A stretch of 64,000 nucleotides of DNA from Bugula neritina (Eukaryota; Animalia; Bryozoa). The number at the start of each line of letters is the position of its first letter. Within the stretch, counting starts at the first letter, position 1. The notes beneath the pieces were generated by a model, which saw only the letters and a program-made list of their open reading frames with translations, did not search any database and was not told where the DNA came from. The position numbers and the translations under genes are program-made. Positions 53,601 to 64,000 of this stretch are shown here, piece by piece. The stretch is taken from NCBI GenBank assembly GCA_964035545.1, contig OZ037770.1, forward strand, positions 6,768,729 through 6,832,728, given 5' to 3'.

Positions 53601-56600
53601 GAGTATATAACAGAGAGTATATAACAGAGAGTATATAACAGAGAGTATATAACAGAGAGTATATAACAGAGAGAGTATATAACAAAGAGAGTATATAACA
53701 GAGAGTATATAACAGAGAGAGTATATAACAAAGAGAGTATATAACAGAGAGTATATAACAGAGAGTATATAACAGAGAGAATAGAACAGAGAGAGTATAT
53801 AACAGAGAGAATAGAACAGAGAGAGTATATAACAGAGAGTATATAACAGAGAGAGTATATAATAGAGAGAATAGAACAGAGAGAGTATATAACAGAGAGT
53901 ATATAACAGAGAGTATATAACAGAGAGAGTATATAACAGAGAGAGTATATAACAGAGAGAGTATATAACAGAGAGAGTATATAACAGAGAGTATATAACA
54001 GAGAGCATATAACAGAGAGTATATAACAGAGAGTATATAACAGAGAGTATATAACAGAGAGTATATAACAGAGAGAATAGAACAGAGAGTATATATCAGA
54101 GAGTATAACTCACTGGATGAAGGACTGTACCAAGCAGGTTGGCATTAGAGACGCCCTCCAAAATGATTTCCACATCCCTTTGGAGTAGCCTGGATTCCAC
54201 AAAATACTTGGCTTCTGCTGAGAAGGGTTCGACTGTACCATCCATCTTGGTCATAGGAGCTTTGATACCGGAGAGCATGACAGTGACGTACTGAAAGTCA
54301 GGGAGAAGGAACGCCCTCACTGTGCACCCATCTCTCACGTGTTCAATCACAGCTAGAGCACAGAATACAGCACAGCATTAGTAATACTTAGTGGTCTATC
54401 ATATTGTATTGCTTTACACTGCCTTGTCAACTGTGCAGCTAGCAAGATTAGCACAAGTTCTTCTGCTTTGAACAAAAAGTGGAGGGCGGGCAACCAACAA
54501 TGGAACTGAAAAGCCTTAGATCCGAGCGTAAAAATATTCATAGCAGCAATAAACCAACAACTTCCACAAATTTAGCTGAAAACTCAGAGCCCTTCCACTA
54601 GTACCCTGAACAAGAGTAATAACACAAGATGACGATATCACTGTACGTGTATATTACAGCTAAATATTTGCCCACACACACTACCTTTAATAGGCTTATA
54701 GTGCTTTGAGTCTACCAGTTTCCTGGGATCTTCCACACTCCACTTGATATCTCTAATATGCTGGGCGACGCCCTCTGTCCCCCATTTGCCCAGACCTGAT
54801 GACTTGGCGCTGTCTTCCAGTTGCACCAGCCTCTGCTGTGACTCACTGCAAACCAACCCAACACCAAATGAAATGACAAGTAACTGAAGTTTGCAAAAGA
54901 GGTTTGAGACTCCGGTATAAATTGAATGCACAGCAAGGCTTGCTCTTAGTGCATTTTCACACAGGTTTCAATTTTAAAGAGTGGAATTTTTATTCAGATC
55001 TTATGGTAGTTTCGCTGCTTACTACAGCTGTGAAGGCTAAAGTACTGCTGATAGACTAAGCAGTAGCCTAGTATTAGCCTCTAACACTAAACTAATCAAA
55101 ATGCAACTGTAGTGTATCAACAAACAGATGAAATAGACACAAACGAGTCAGTTTACAGTCATGACATGAACAAGAGCACAGCAAAAGAATATATCATAAC
55201 AAGAAAGGTCAACAGACAACAACTGTAAACTTACTAACTCCCCAAGTCAGGAAAACCATAACTATAAAATACCAGATACAATGATGACCACAGTAAGCGC
55301 ATTGTCAACTACAGATACACATTCACTGCAGGATACCAGGTAAGCTGATGACTCACTCGCTAGACTTGATACCGCTGCGGCGCACCTCCACTAGGCCGTT
55401 AGCTATGAGACTTTCGGTCAGATTCTCGCCAGAAGTGTCTGAGCCGAGGTGGATACAGCCATACTCTCTGCCCGACGGAGCCTGGTAACACACACAGGAT
55501 ACACATTTCACGACCGACTTACAGGTAAAGAGTTCAGGCCAGTGCGGGCAACAGAGTTCAGCTGTCTTACAGACTAGGTGATGATGATGGGTCCATTAGA
55601 GGAAAACATGACACGAAGAATAGTTTTAATATTAAACAGTCTAAAAAGTGGCTGTGGTAAAACAGGCCTTCATTCAGCCTCTCCCTTTATATCCGAAAAT
55701 GAAGCACCATATTCCACACACTTACAGTGTACTCGACTGTAAAAACAATTTCTTTTCCAATACATTTCTTTCTTAGAAACTCTCTGGCTTCCCAGGCCCA
55801 CGGCTGCAAACAGTAAAGGAACTGGACTATAACTGCATGTGAAAAGTGAGCTGAACAGTTTCATAGTTAGAGAAAAATAGTGTATGAACTGCTACTTTAT
55901 TACAAAAGTGATATTCAAATCAGTAGATCATTGTAACAGAGAAGGCGGCACCTCATCCTTAGTCTCAGGCATGTTAGCTGTGGCTCTGCGAGCTACCCGG
56001 GGAGCTGTGATGTTGCTCAAACATAGCTGCTTCTCTGGGGGAGGACCTCCTTTCGGCTGGCCTCGAATTATCAACGCATCTCCTGAGAGAACCTGAAAGA
56101 AAGGTAGCCCAATATAATTGAATAACAAAAAAAGTCTAAAAAGTGCTGGGCACATGAGTAGCTAGGTACATTCGTAGGTGCAATGTCAATATCTTAAATA
56201 AGTTGACTCAAATTTGAAGAAGTTTCACATTGAAAATAAGCCCAACAGCAGCCCTGCAATTGAAACGCTGACAACAAAAGTTCTCATGCAAAAATACTTT
56301 TAGACTTCTAGTTTATTGAAAGTAGCTATAACATATAAATGTACAGCATCTAACTACTCTCCCAACATGTCTTTTATGCCATGAATATACACCTAAGTGA
56401 TATTCGATTTATTCTCTTAGGTTGAAATTCAACAAAGTTTCCATCAAAATCACATAAAAACTCAGACAGTATAACAGAAATGTTTTTGCTCTCAAAAAAG
56501 TCTTACATTGAGTGTTATTTCAACCTAACATGCCCAAAAAAATAGCTTACTGGCAGTATCAGTCATACTGATGGTAAAGCTTTGAGTCAGCTAGGCATAG

Positions 56601-57869
56601 TTATTGTATATGTAAAGGAGATGTAAATTGGCGGTCTTTCTCTGGTATAGCAAGTTTAAAAGGTGTGTGCAACGTTTTACACCAATTGAAGCAAGACAAA
56701 CTTGAAATGCTATTTACTGCTAGAGCTAGGATTTAGGCAGTAAACAACTCTGACTCATTAGCTATATAACAGCTGAATCTATGCTTAGCTCATGGACATT
56801 GTACATTGTCATAAGTGCAAAAAACTAACTCAGGCTGTCATCACTATGCATCAAATAAGATACTTATACTCTTACAGTCTTAAATATTAAATTCAATAAT
56901 AAATTAATGTTATTATCACTACTGATATCATAATCATTATAAGTATCACTAACTCACCACAGTAATTATGACTATGAGTTTGACTTTAAGCTCCGCTTAC
57001 AAACTGTTACAAACTGACCAACTTAAACTGAACACTAACACTAAAAGCTACTGTTAGCGTAGGGCCACACAATGTGGACAAGTGAGAATATTTTCTCAAC
57101 GCGTACAGTGGACACCTTTTCTACTTGTGGTTCAAATTTTCGCCTGCGAAAATACACACAGTGTGGCCCAAGGTTTAGTGTTACTCAAAGTCATTTTGAT
57201 AATGATAGGGAGTCTGATAGTATTATTCAATTTCATACTTAATTGAAAATGTTGAATACATTTACCATTACTAAAAGTAAAACTGTTAGTTTAAGTTTCA
57301 TTGATTACTCATTAGTATTACTATTAGTTCAGTGTTACTGTTGTCTGGTACTTGTTAGATTTACTCTTAGCGATGCCGATAGTGTTACACTTACAGTTAG
57401 TGTTACTGTGTCCCTCTCACTGTTACATTACTCGTAGTCGTTAGTGTTGCAGTTAAACTAACACTATAACTATGGCATTGAATTTCAGATTGAGTTTGAC
57501 TATGAGTATGACTATGAATATCACGCTATAATTATAACTATTAACTACGAGTATGAGTGTCACTGACACTATTAGTATCACTATCTCTATGAGCATGACA
57601 ATTGACATTGAGTTTGACTATCACATTTATGATTCATTTACTCATTCTTATTCTATCATAATCATTCACGATGACCATCGGCATCACTCACACTGACACT
57701 CACACTGACAGTGACACTGTGAGTGTGACTATATGAATATCCGCTAACTAGGACCTTTATTTCAATTTTCTCTAAATTAGGACCTATTTTTAACCCTTTA
57801 AAACATCAGTTTACTTACGTGTTTGACAACACCTCGCCTGAGTGTTGGTGCTTGTGGTGGAGTGCTCAT
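47650..57869 (-). CDS. SND1: Staphylococcal nuclease domain-containing protein 1 (Tudor-SN)
   Basis: Exon 1 (57819-57869) [17 protein letters not shown], then [104 protein letters not shown], Tudor [23 protein letters not shown], ending [21 protein letters not shown] (TAA 47650-47652). Confidence 0.97.
49205..49562. repeat. 36-nt minisatellite x ~10 in an SND1 intron
   Basis: Unit ATGTCAATAYATACCAGCACTACTTGTCAATACTAG. Further SND1 arrays at 48572-48720 (22 nt), 48810-48960 (30 nt) and 50705-50850 (33 nt). Confidence 0.92.
49715..50000. repeat. Purine-rich (+ strand) 32-nt minisatellite abutting the SND1 Tudor exon donor
   Basis: Unit GAGTGGATGGAGGAAGGCAGAGGATGGGGGCA. Confidence 0.92.
50261..50460 (+). 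mobile_element. tRNA-derived SINE, copy 3 (SND1 intron)
   Basis: CAGCCGTGGTCTACGGGTTAGAGCG...GGTTCGAGGCCC...GGTCATTGGTGATGTTAGGAAGAGCATCCAGTCATAATTGCTCCTGTGCC...CAGGGATGGCAACTATAAA. Confidence 0.78.
52328..52449. repeat. Seven tandem 18-nt copies of an SND1 5' splice site
   Basis: Minus strand (AGTAACAG|GTGAGTTGAT) x7. Confidence 0.95.
53468..54108. repeat. 14/16-nt minisatellite abutting an SND1 donor
   Basis: Unit TATAACAGAGAG(AG)TA, starting directly after GTGAGT. Confidence 0.95.
56900..57740. repeat. Degenerate 6-bp-periodic tract in SND1 intron 1
   Basis: Same ACT/AGT hexamer texture as 1-790 (e.g. actatgagtatgactatgaatatcac). Confidence 0.6.
57056..57176. mobile_element. Internally deleted copy of the 5392-5736 MITE family in SND1 intron 1
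   Basis: AGCGTAGGGCCACAC...ACAGTGGACACCTTTTCTACTTGTG...TTTTCGCCTGCGAAAATACACACAGTGTGGCCC matches that element's termini. Confidence 0.8.
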
Positions 57870-57943
57870 TTTTAGGACTTACGATCTAGAATGCATGAAT
57901 GAAAAATGTGCAAAAACGAAAGGAAGTTAGCTCGTTGGCGTAC

Positions 57944-57951
57944 CACGTGAC
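57944..57951. promoter_or_regulatory. E-box CACGTGAC ~75 nt upstream of the SND1 ATG
   Basis: Motif match and position only. Confidence 0.35.
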
Positions 57952-58375
57952 TTTTTAAACCGGATAAAGTTGGCAACGATGTAAACAGTGTTTCCATACA
58001 ACAGCAATTTCATTCTCATTCTACAGCAGATTCAATAAATCAATTTTTAATTTATAAAAAAAATTTTAAACTTTTTTTTTTAAGTTATAAAACATATTTG
58101 CTGCAATTTTTAATCTGTATATACACTCCGACTTGTTTCATTTTTTATAGGCCCGTGCGGTAATGGAGCAATCGAGAAAAGCCTGTGTTCTAGAGCAAAA
58201 CTGTTTCAGTTTAGCGGTTGTTCCCGCCAATGAACTCAAAATAATAATGAATGGTCTTCCAGTTCAGTGGTTCCGGGAACAGATTTTCACGCATGTAGAC
58301 TCCCGCAGACTGAAAATCCGCATCGTGTGGCCCTAATCCGTACGGATGCCCGTACGGATTCATTAGATTGCATGC

Positions 58376-59226
58376 AAATGCATGTGTATTTGACTGAGTC
58401 AAAATAATTTATGCTGTCTCGGTCAACAATTTTATTTGACTCGGTCAAACTGTTAACACTCGCGATTTGGCTGCAATTTAGCTTACGTGGCAACAGGTTT
58501 TCAGCTAACCAAATTTGAACCCTTTTTAACTTGCAAAAAGTTTTTCCATCAGCTCTTAAAAACTTTCTGGAAGTTAAAGAGGATTAGTGAAAACGTTGAG
58601 CTAAATCAGAGTAACTTTGTAATGTCCCAGTCAACAAAATTATATGATTCAGTCCATTTGTTTGTCAAGCAAGTCAGCTAGCTTTCTGAACAAAAGCTTC
58701 TAGCCAACCAAATTGGACAAATAAAACTAGTCTTGGTTGGCAAGGTTGACTAGAACAACATAATCCTTAAATGTCTAAGTAAAAAAAAAATGCATGGAAA
58801 TGCATGGAAATGCATGTATATTTGACTGAGTCAAAATAATTTATATTGTCTCGGTCAACAATTTTAATTGACTCGGTCAAACTGTTGACACTCGCGATTT
58901 GACTGTAATTTGGTTTACGTGGCAACAGGTTTTCAGCTAACAAAATTTGAATCCTTTTTAACTTGTAAAAAGTTTTTCCATCAGCTCTTAAAAACTTTCT
59001 GGAAGTTAAAGAGGATTAGTGAAAATGTTGAGCTAAATCAGAGTAACTTTGTAATGTCTCAGTCAACAAAATTATATGATTCAGTCCATTTGTTTGTGAA
59101 GCAAGTCAGCTAGCTTTCTGAACAAAAGCTTCTAGCCAACCAAATTGGACAAATAAAACTAGTCTTGGTTGGCAATGTTGACTAACTAGAACAACATAAT
59201 CCATAAGTGTCTAAGTAAAAAAATGC
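58376..59226. repeat. Tandem duplication of ~430 bp upstream of SND1
   Basis: 58376-~58795 and 58808-~59226 are highly similar. ORFs 58487-58681 and 58910-59113 translate almost identically. Confidence 0.92.
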
Positions 59227-61230
59227 TTTTGACTTACTTATTCCTAAATGTTTATGCTACCAAGTCAGACTAGCAACTTGGAAACCTTTTTGGCAGATAT
59301 GCTAGATATGTATGCAGTACTAGTTTAGGCAGCTGCAAACATAGTTATTCTGGTGAACAAGACTTAAAATGAATAATAATTTACACAGCTGCAGGATTAT
59401 TCCAAGCAGCACCAACAAACCCAGCTGAGTTTTATTGGCTAAGTCAAATAAATAGCTGCTTAAAACACAAAAAATTAAGTAATGACTCTACTACAAAATT
59501 TTTTTGACTCAGTCACATCTTAATATTATTATCCTATAGGCAAAACAATAAGTTTTAACCAATATAAATTAAAACTTGCTGCACTAGTTATTCTAAAGCT
59601 GGAGGTTAGTTACATACAAGTTGCAGTATCATTGAGAAGATAACTCTAAGATTAGAACCAGTAAAAGTGGCAGTAATACAATAATAATATTTTATCATAC
59701 TGACAAAATTAACCACTCCTGAACTTATAAGCATGGATTCATTTCTGTAACAAAAGACTGATTTTGAAGGATGATGCACCTTTAATCATTAATTATGCTT
59801 TGTTTTTGGGTGTTAATTTACAGATTCTATAGTCTATATACTATAGAATATTATAAATATATTATAACAATGCCATTTTGCTGTCCTTATTATATGTATA
59901 GTGATGGCCTAGCCTGAACTCACCTATAACAAACTAGTGCTGTAAAGCAGCAGGTTTTATGGTGTTTTGCTTATAATAGAAACTCTGGACTAACTGTTTA
60001 TAGTCATATAAACTGCATGGGTTATATAATTATAAAATATATATAATTAGCTCACAGTTGAAAGAGGAATGTGATATAATATTCGTCATATGAAATAGAG
60101 CAAATTTTTTCTCTGCTTAGTTAGCTATATTAAAATGCAACATTTTTGGTAATAATCTTTCTGAAATACCTGCAAGTTATGTGAAAATAAATTAAAGGCA
60201 ACAACTTTAATGTTTAAAGCCTTTGTCAATGGAAAGTTGCCTTATTGCTTTATACATTAATTACATTGTTGAGTTGCAGTAAACCTGAAAATTACTATTC
60301 AGTTTTGGCTCAAGCCTCACCAGACTTGGAAATACCATGCTATTGGAAGTATTACAAGGCTCTAGTCTTTCAAAGAAATAGTAGGAATAAAGAGCTGGTA
60401 TATATGCTAGTGGGTTAACTTAAAAAATGCTATAGCCTCTTCACCAGTACGTTAATATATAGAAACTGATTGCTATATTTGTGCAACTCTCAGCTTCAAA
60501 ATTTATATAGGAAAATATTGTATTTGTGTTGCGATCTTTGGTTGTCAGCAAAATATTTTGTTTGATTGGGTCCTGCAGTTTTAGAACAGCTCAATATTTT
60601 GGAAAACAATATGTAAATAATACGTGGTTATATAATTATGTTTTGTTTAAATAGGAAAATTTGCATGCACAATTATGCAAAGCTTTATCCAACTACACCT
60701 TGTAATTGTTGTTGGAAAACTAGTGATTCTTGTTTAAATGGCATGCATAAGAGATTTTTATATTTTATCATTTATTTTATTATACTAATAACTATATAAT
60801 ACATACAAGTAATTATTATTATAAATAACTTTGAAAATAACTAAAAAATAAATGAAGCTTATAAAGTACCATTTCTGTATAATATAAAATAATAAATATA
60901 TCATTTTCCAAATGCTGTGTGTTTCACTAATGTGGTGTATTAAATAAAGTGATAGTTCACACACAACAAAAGTTTCTCTCAAACAGAGATTGAATTTATG
61001 GGCTCCTTTCAAAGCAACAGATAAAACAAGTAAAAGGAAGAACATGAAAAATACTGATTCAAATTGCTCAAATTATAGTTTTCATTGAAATAGTATCATT
61101 TAAGATAAACTAAGTGTATATACATTAATATTGCTCTACTTTGACAACAATTTTGCTAAAATTTAATGTCAAATTGTGGAGACAGTGTAAACACATGCAC
61201 AATGCATTCATCTACATTTCATGAGTTCAA

Positions 61231-63452
61231 TCAGTTTAGAAATATTTGGCCTGGCTTAGCACCAGTGAAACCAGTCTGTCCATCAAATACCACCACACCA
61301 CCCACAATTGTTTTCTCCACCTGCCCATATAAGGTCATGCCCATATATGGAGTGAGCTTGTTCTTATGGAATATCATATCCTCTGTTACCTACAAACACA
61401 CCAATTTTGAAACTAGTAAATGAATACAGATGTCATTGGAAGTGAATATGTTAGATGATAATTTACTATGTTACTCGCCCCTAGTAATTGTGCTACTATG
61501 TGTAACTATATATTACTAAGTGTAAGTATATACCATTATGTGTAAGTATATACTAATAAGTGTAAGTATATACTACTATGTGTAAGTATATACTATGTGT
61601 AAGTATATACTACTGTGTGTAAGTATATACTGTGTGTAAGTACATGAAGTTATGTAGCATGTAACTTACAGTAAACTGTTTCTCTGGGTCCCATATGACA
61701 AGATCCCCTCTGAGATCAGGAGTTGTATTCCCCACTCTCATTTGTAGCCCTGCGTGTATGGCGGTATTGGCAGACATATAATTTGACAGGTCCGATACTG
61801 AAAGGCCACGCTCCTTGCAATTTGTCCAAAACAGTGAGAGACCTAAACAGAAGCAAACACAGCCCATCAAATCTACAACAATTACTAAGTTAAGAACCAA
61901 AATTCACACATGAATTAATATCCTGTTAAACACTAGCATTGAGCATTTGGCACTGCTATGCAATTGGATGCACAATAAATCTCTAGCCATATACGGAGCA
62001 CATTTTGTTTGTGATACTGTATTTAGAAATTATCTGCCACACATGACTGCCAAAAATCATACTTTATAAACTATTACATAAATTATAATATATATCATAC
62101 TCTTTTGCTATTCACCCTACACGTATAACACTTATTAGTATGGCATGCAAGCCTATAGCAACCTATTATTGGGCCATACTTGTTTATATACTTATTCATT
62201 GGCTATTTTAATAGCGTTAGTTCCACATGATTCATGCACAGAGTGGAACACAATGAAGTTTTCTAAATTACGTGTCAACTTAATATAAAAGCAGAATCTT
62301 TATTTGTAAATTGGAGTTCAATGAGAAAAGAATTCTTATAAACCACACAACTCAACAAATGCCATTATATTACGGCAGGACATCTTCTCTCTAGTTATGG
62401 TAGAGAAACTCATCTTAATATTTCTGCACACCAACTTCGTGACAATGATACATTGCCAGGGGATCAAACATCTAGTGATTAATTGTACTTTACAGTCCTA
62501 CTTGTGTCCATGCAGAGTGTTCACTAGCAGTCCATAAGGATGTTCACTAGCAGTCCATGCAGAGTGTTCACTAGCAGTCCATGCAGAGTGTTCACTAGCA
62601 GTCCATGCAGAGTGTTCACTAGCAGTCCATGCAGAGTGTTCACTAGCAGTCCATGCAGAGTGTTCACTAGCAGTCCATGCAGAGTGTTCACTAGCAGTCC
62701 ATAAGGATGTTTACTCCATAACAAAATAATTGTCTTATATAGCCCAAAATAATGGTATTTCTTGAATATAACTTACCTGCAGCTAGTGCACCACCTAGCT
62801 ATATAAAACTCACTTAGCTTAAGTGAACAGACTATATAAAACTCACCTAGTTGTAGCCCAGCAATACCTCCCCAAGCTTTCATAAAGTCTCCAGTGTCAG
62901 GACACTTGAGTCCAGCTGTGCACGGGGAATGGTCTGATACAACCATTGAGATGCTCAGATCTTTAACAGCTGCCCATAATTCCTCCTAGAGTAACCATAG
63001 CAACATAGACAAGCATGGCACTGTGATATAAGCTACTCGAAGCTATTATAGTACATGACTTATACCAGCTAGAAACAAGTTGCGGCTAATAGATATAAAA
63101 TACCATTTTATAATAGTTACTAGTCATTAAAGGGGAGTAAATTAGCCTAAAAGTCAATCAATTTTTACTGTTTCACAGCTCACTTCCAATATGTAAAGAG
63201 TTGTATTTCCAGTCCCATGTATGGTTGCAATATTTATAATGTATTTACAGGCCAACACTTTCTACCTGGTTTTGCTTAGTTCTGATTGGTGGACAGCACT
63301 TATATTCCGTTGCACCGTCAGGTACATTTTCAGAGTTCAAGGTCAGGTAATGATGACACGTCTCCACAGTTAGCGGAGCACCAGCCTTCTGAGCTTCTCT
63401 AATGAGAGGGAGGGCAGTCGCTGCTGACAGATGGACAATGTGGGATCTTACC
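61231..63452 (-). CDS. Allantoinase (DAL1/AllB-type amidohydrolase), last four exons; 5' part lies beyond the window
   Basis: HIVHLS...TVETCHHYL...[11 protein letters not shown] (~63266-63452), VVSDHSPCT...[15 protein letters not shown] (~62847-62986), GLSLFWT...DLVIWDPE (~61669-61842), [11 protein letters not shown]...TIVGG...IFLN* (61231-~61389). Confidence 0.92.
62505..62712. repeat. 24-nt minisatellite in an allantoinase intron
   Basis: Unit GTCCATGCAGAGTGTTCACTAGCA. Another array (TGTGTAAGTATATACTA-type) lies at 61495-61640, next to a donor. Confidence 0.92.
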
Positions 63453-63718
63453 CTAAATAATATCAAACATAATTATTGAAGTACACTTTTAGCCTATAAA
63501 CTTAAACTTAGTAATGGATATAGGGTTCATACTCACACTGGTGGATATAGAGTGGATATAGTGGTGGATATAGAGTGCTTATATTAGCAGTGGTGGATTT
63601 AGTGTTCACATTCAAGGTGTGCATATAGTGCTTACATTCAGAGATGTGATATTCAAGTTAATTTCTATCCTTACAAGACAAAAAATTTAGCTCTTGAAGT
63701 CAGCACTTATTGTAGGCA

Positions 63719-63830
63719 GCAGTCGTGGTGTAGTGGTTAGAGTGTTGGTGGTTCGAGTCCAAACACGAGGGTGAGGTCAGGGAAAGCATCCTGTGCCGCA
63801 CATGAACAAGTCCTTAACCTGCTTGGCACA
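63719..63830 (+). mobile_element. Diverged tRNA-derived SINE copy
   Basis: GCAGTCGTGGTGTAGTGGTTAGAG...GGTTCGAGTCC...AGCATCCTGTGCC...AAGTCCTTAACC. Confidence 0.6.
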
Positions 63831-64000
63831 AATTATACGTTATAGATTATTATATTATACTCTTATGGTATCAGCCTACACTTGTAACTATGGCATGGTA
63901 TGTTTGTATATTTAGTCTTTGTCTATTGAACAATATGACAGCAAAGTAATTTTCTAGATTATGTGTCAATTTAATATAAAAGCAGAATCTTTACTTGTAA

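Noticed and set aside
61231-63452. Allantoinase as a bacterial horizontal transfer or contaminant
   Set aside because: It has canonical spliceosomal introns with host repeats, and DAL1-type allantoinases are known in animals.

Overview
This is AT-rich, intron-containing animal (probably invertebrate) genomic DNA, not prokaryotic, so most entries in the ORF track are artefacts of tandem repeats. Manual splicing gives four minus-strand genes. (1) A 7-exon CYP2-clan cytochrome P450 (3188-8917, 506 aa) with an atypical active site. (2) An unrecognised gene of ~44 exons and ~1,900 aa (10350-34056). It encodes a signal peptide split over three micro-exons, seven tandem Cys-rich helical super-repeats, two Thr/Ser mucin-like stalks, a SEA-like domain and a GPI-type C-terminal tail. 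(3) SND1/Tudor-SN (47650-57869). (4) The 3' part of an allantoinase (61231 to beyond the window end). Between genes 2 and 3 lies a decayed, intron-containing tyrosine-recombinase (Crypton-like) element. Other mobile DNA includes an 831-bp foldback element with a 9-bp target duplication that copies a splice donor, several MITEs and four copies of a tRNA-derived SINE. The most striking non-coding pattern is about 20 sequence-unrelated minisatellites, most starting at or within tens of nt of a splice site. Several of them duplicate the splice site itself or carry sequence matching the U1 snRNA 5' end. Exon coordinates were read by eye and may be off by a few nt.
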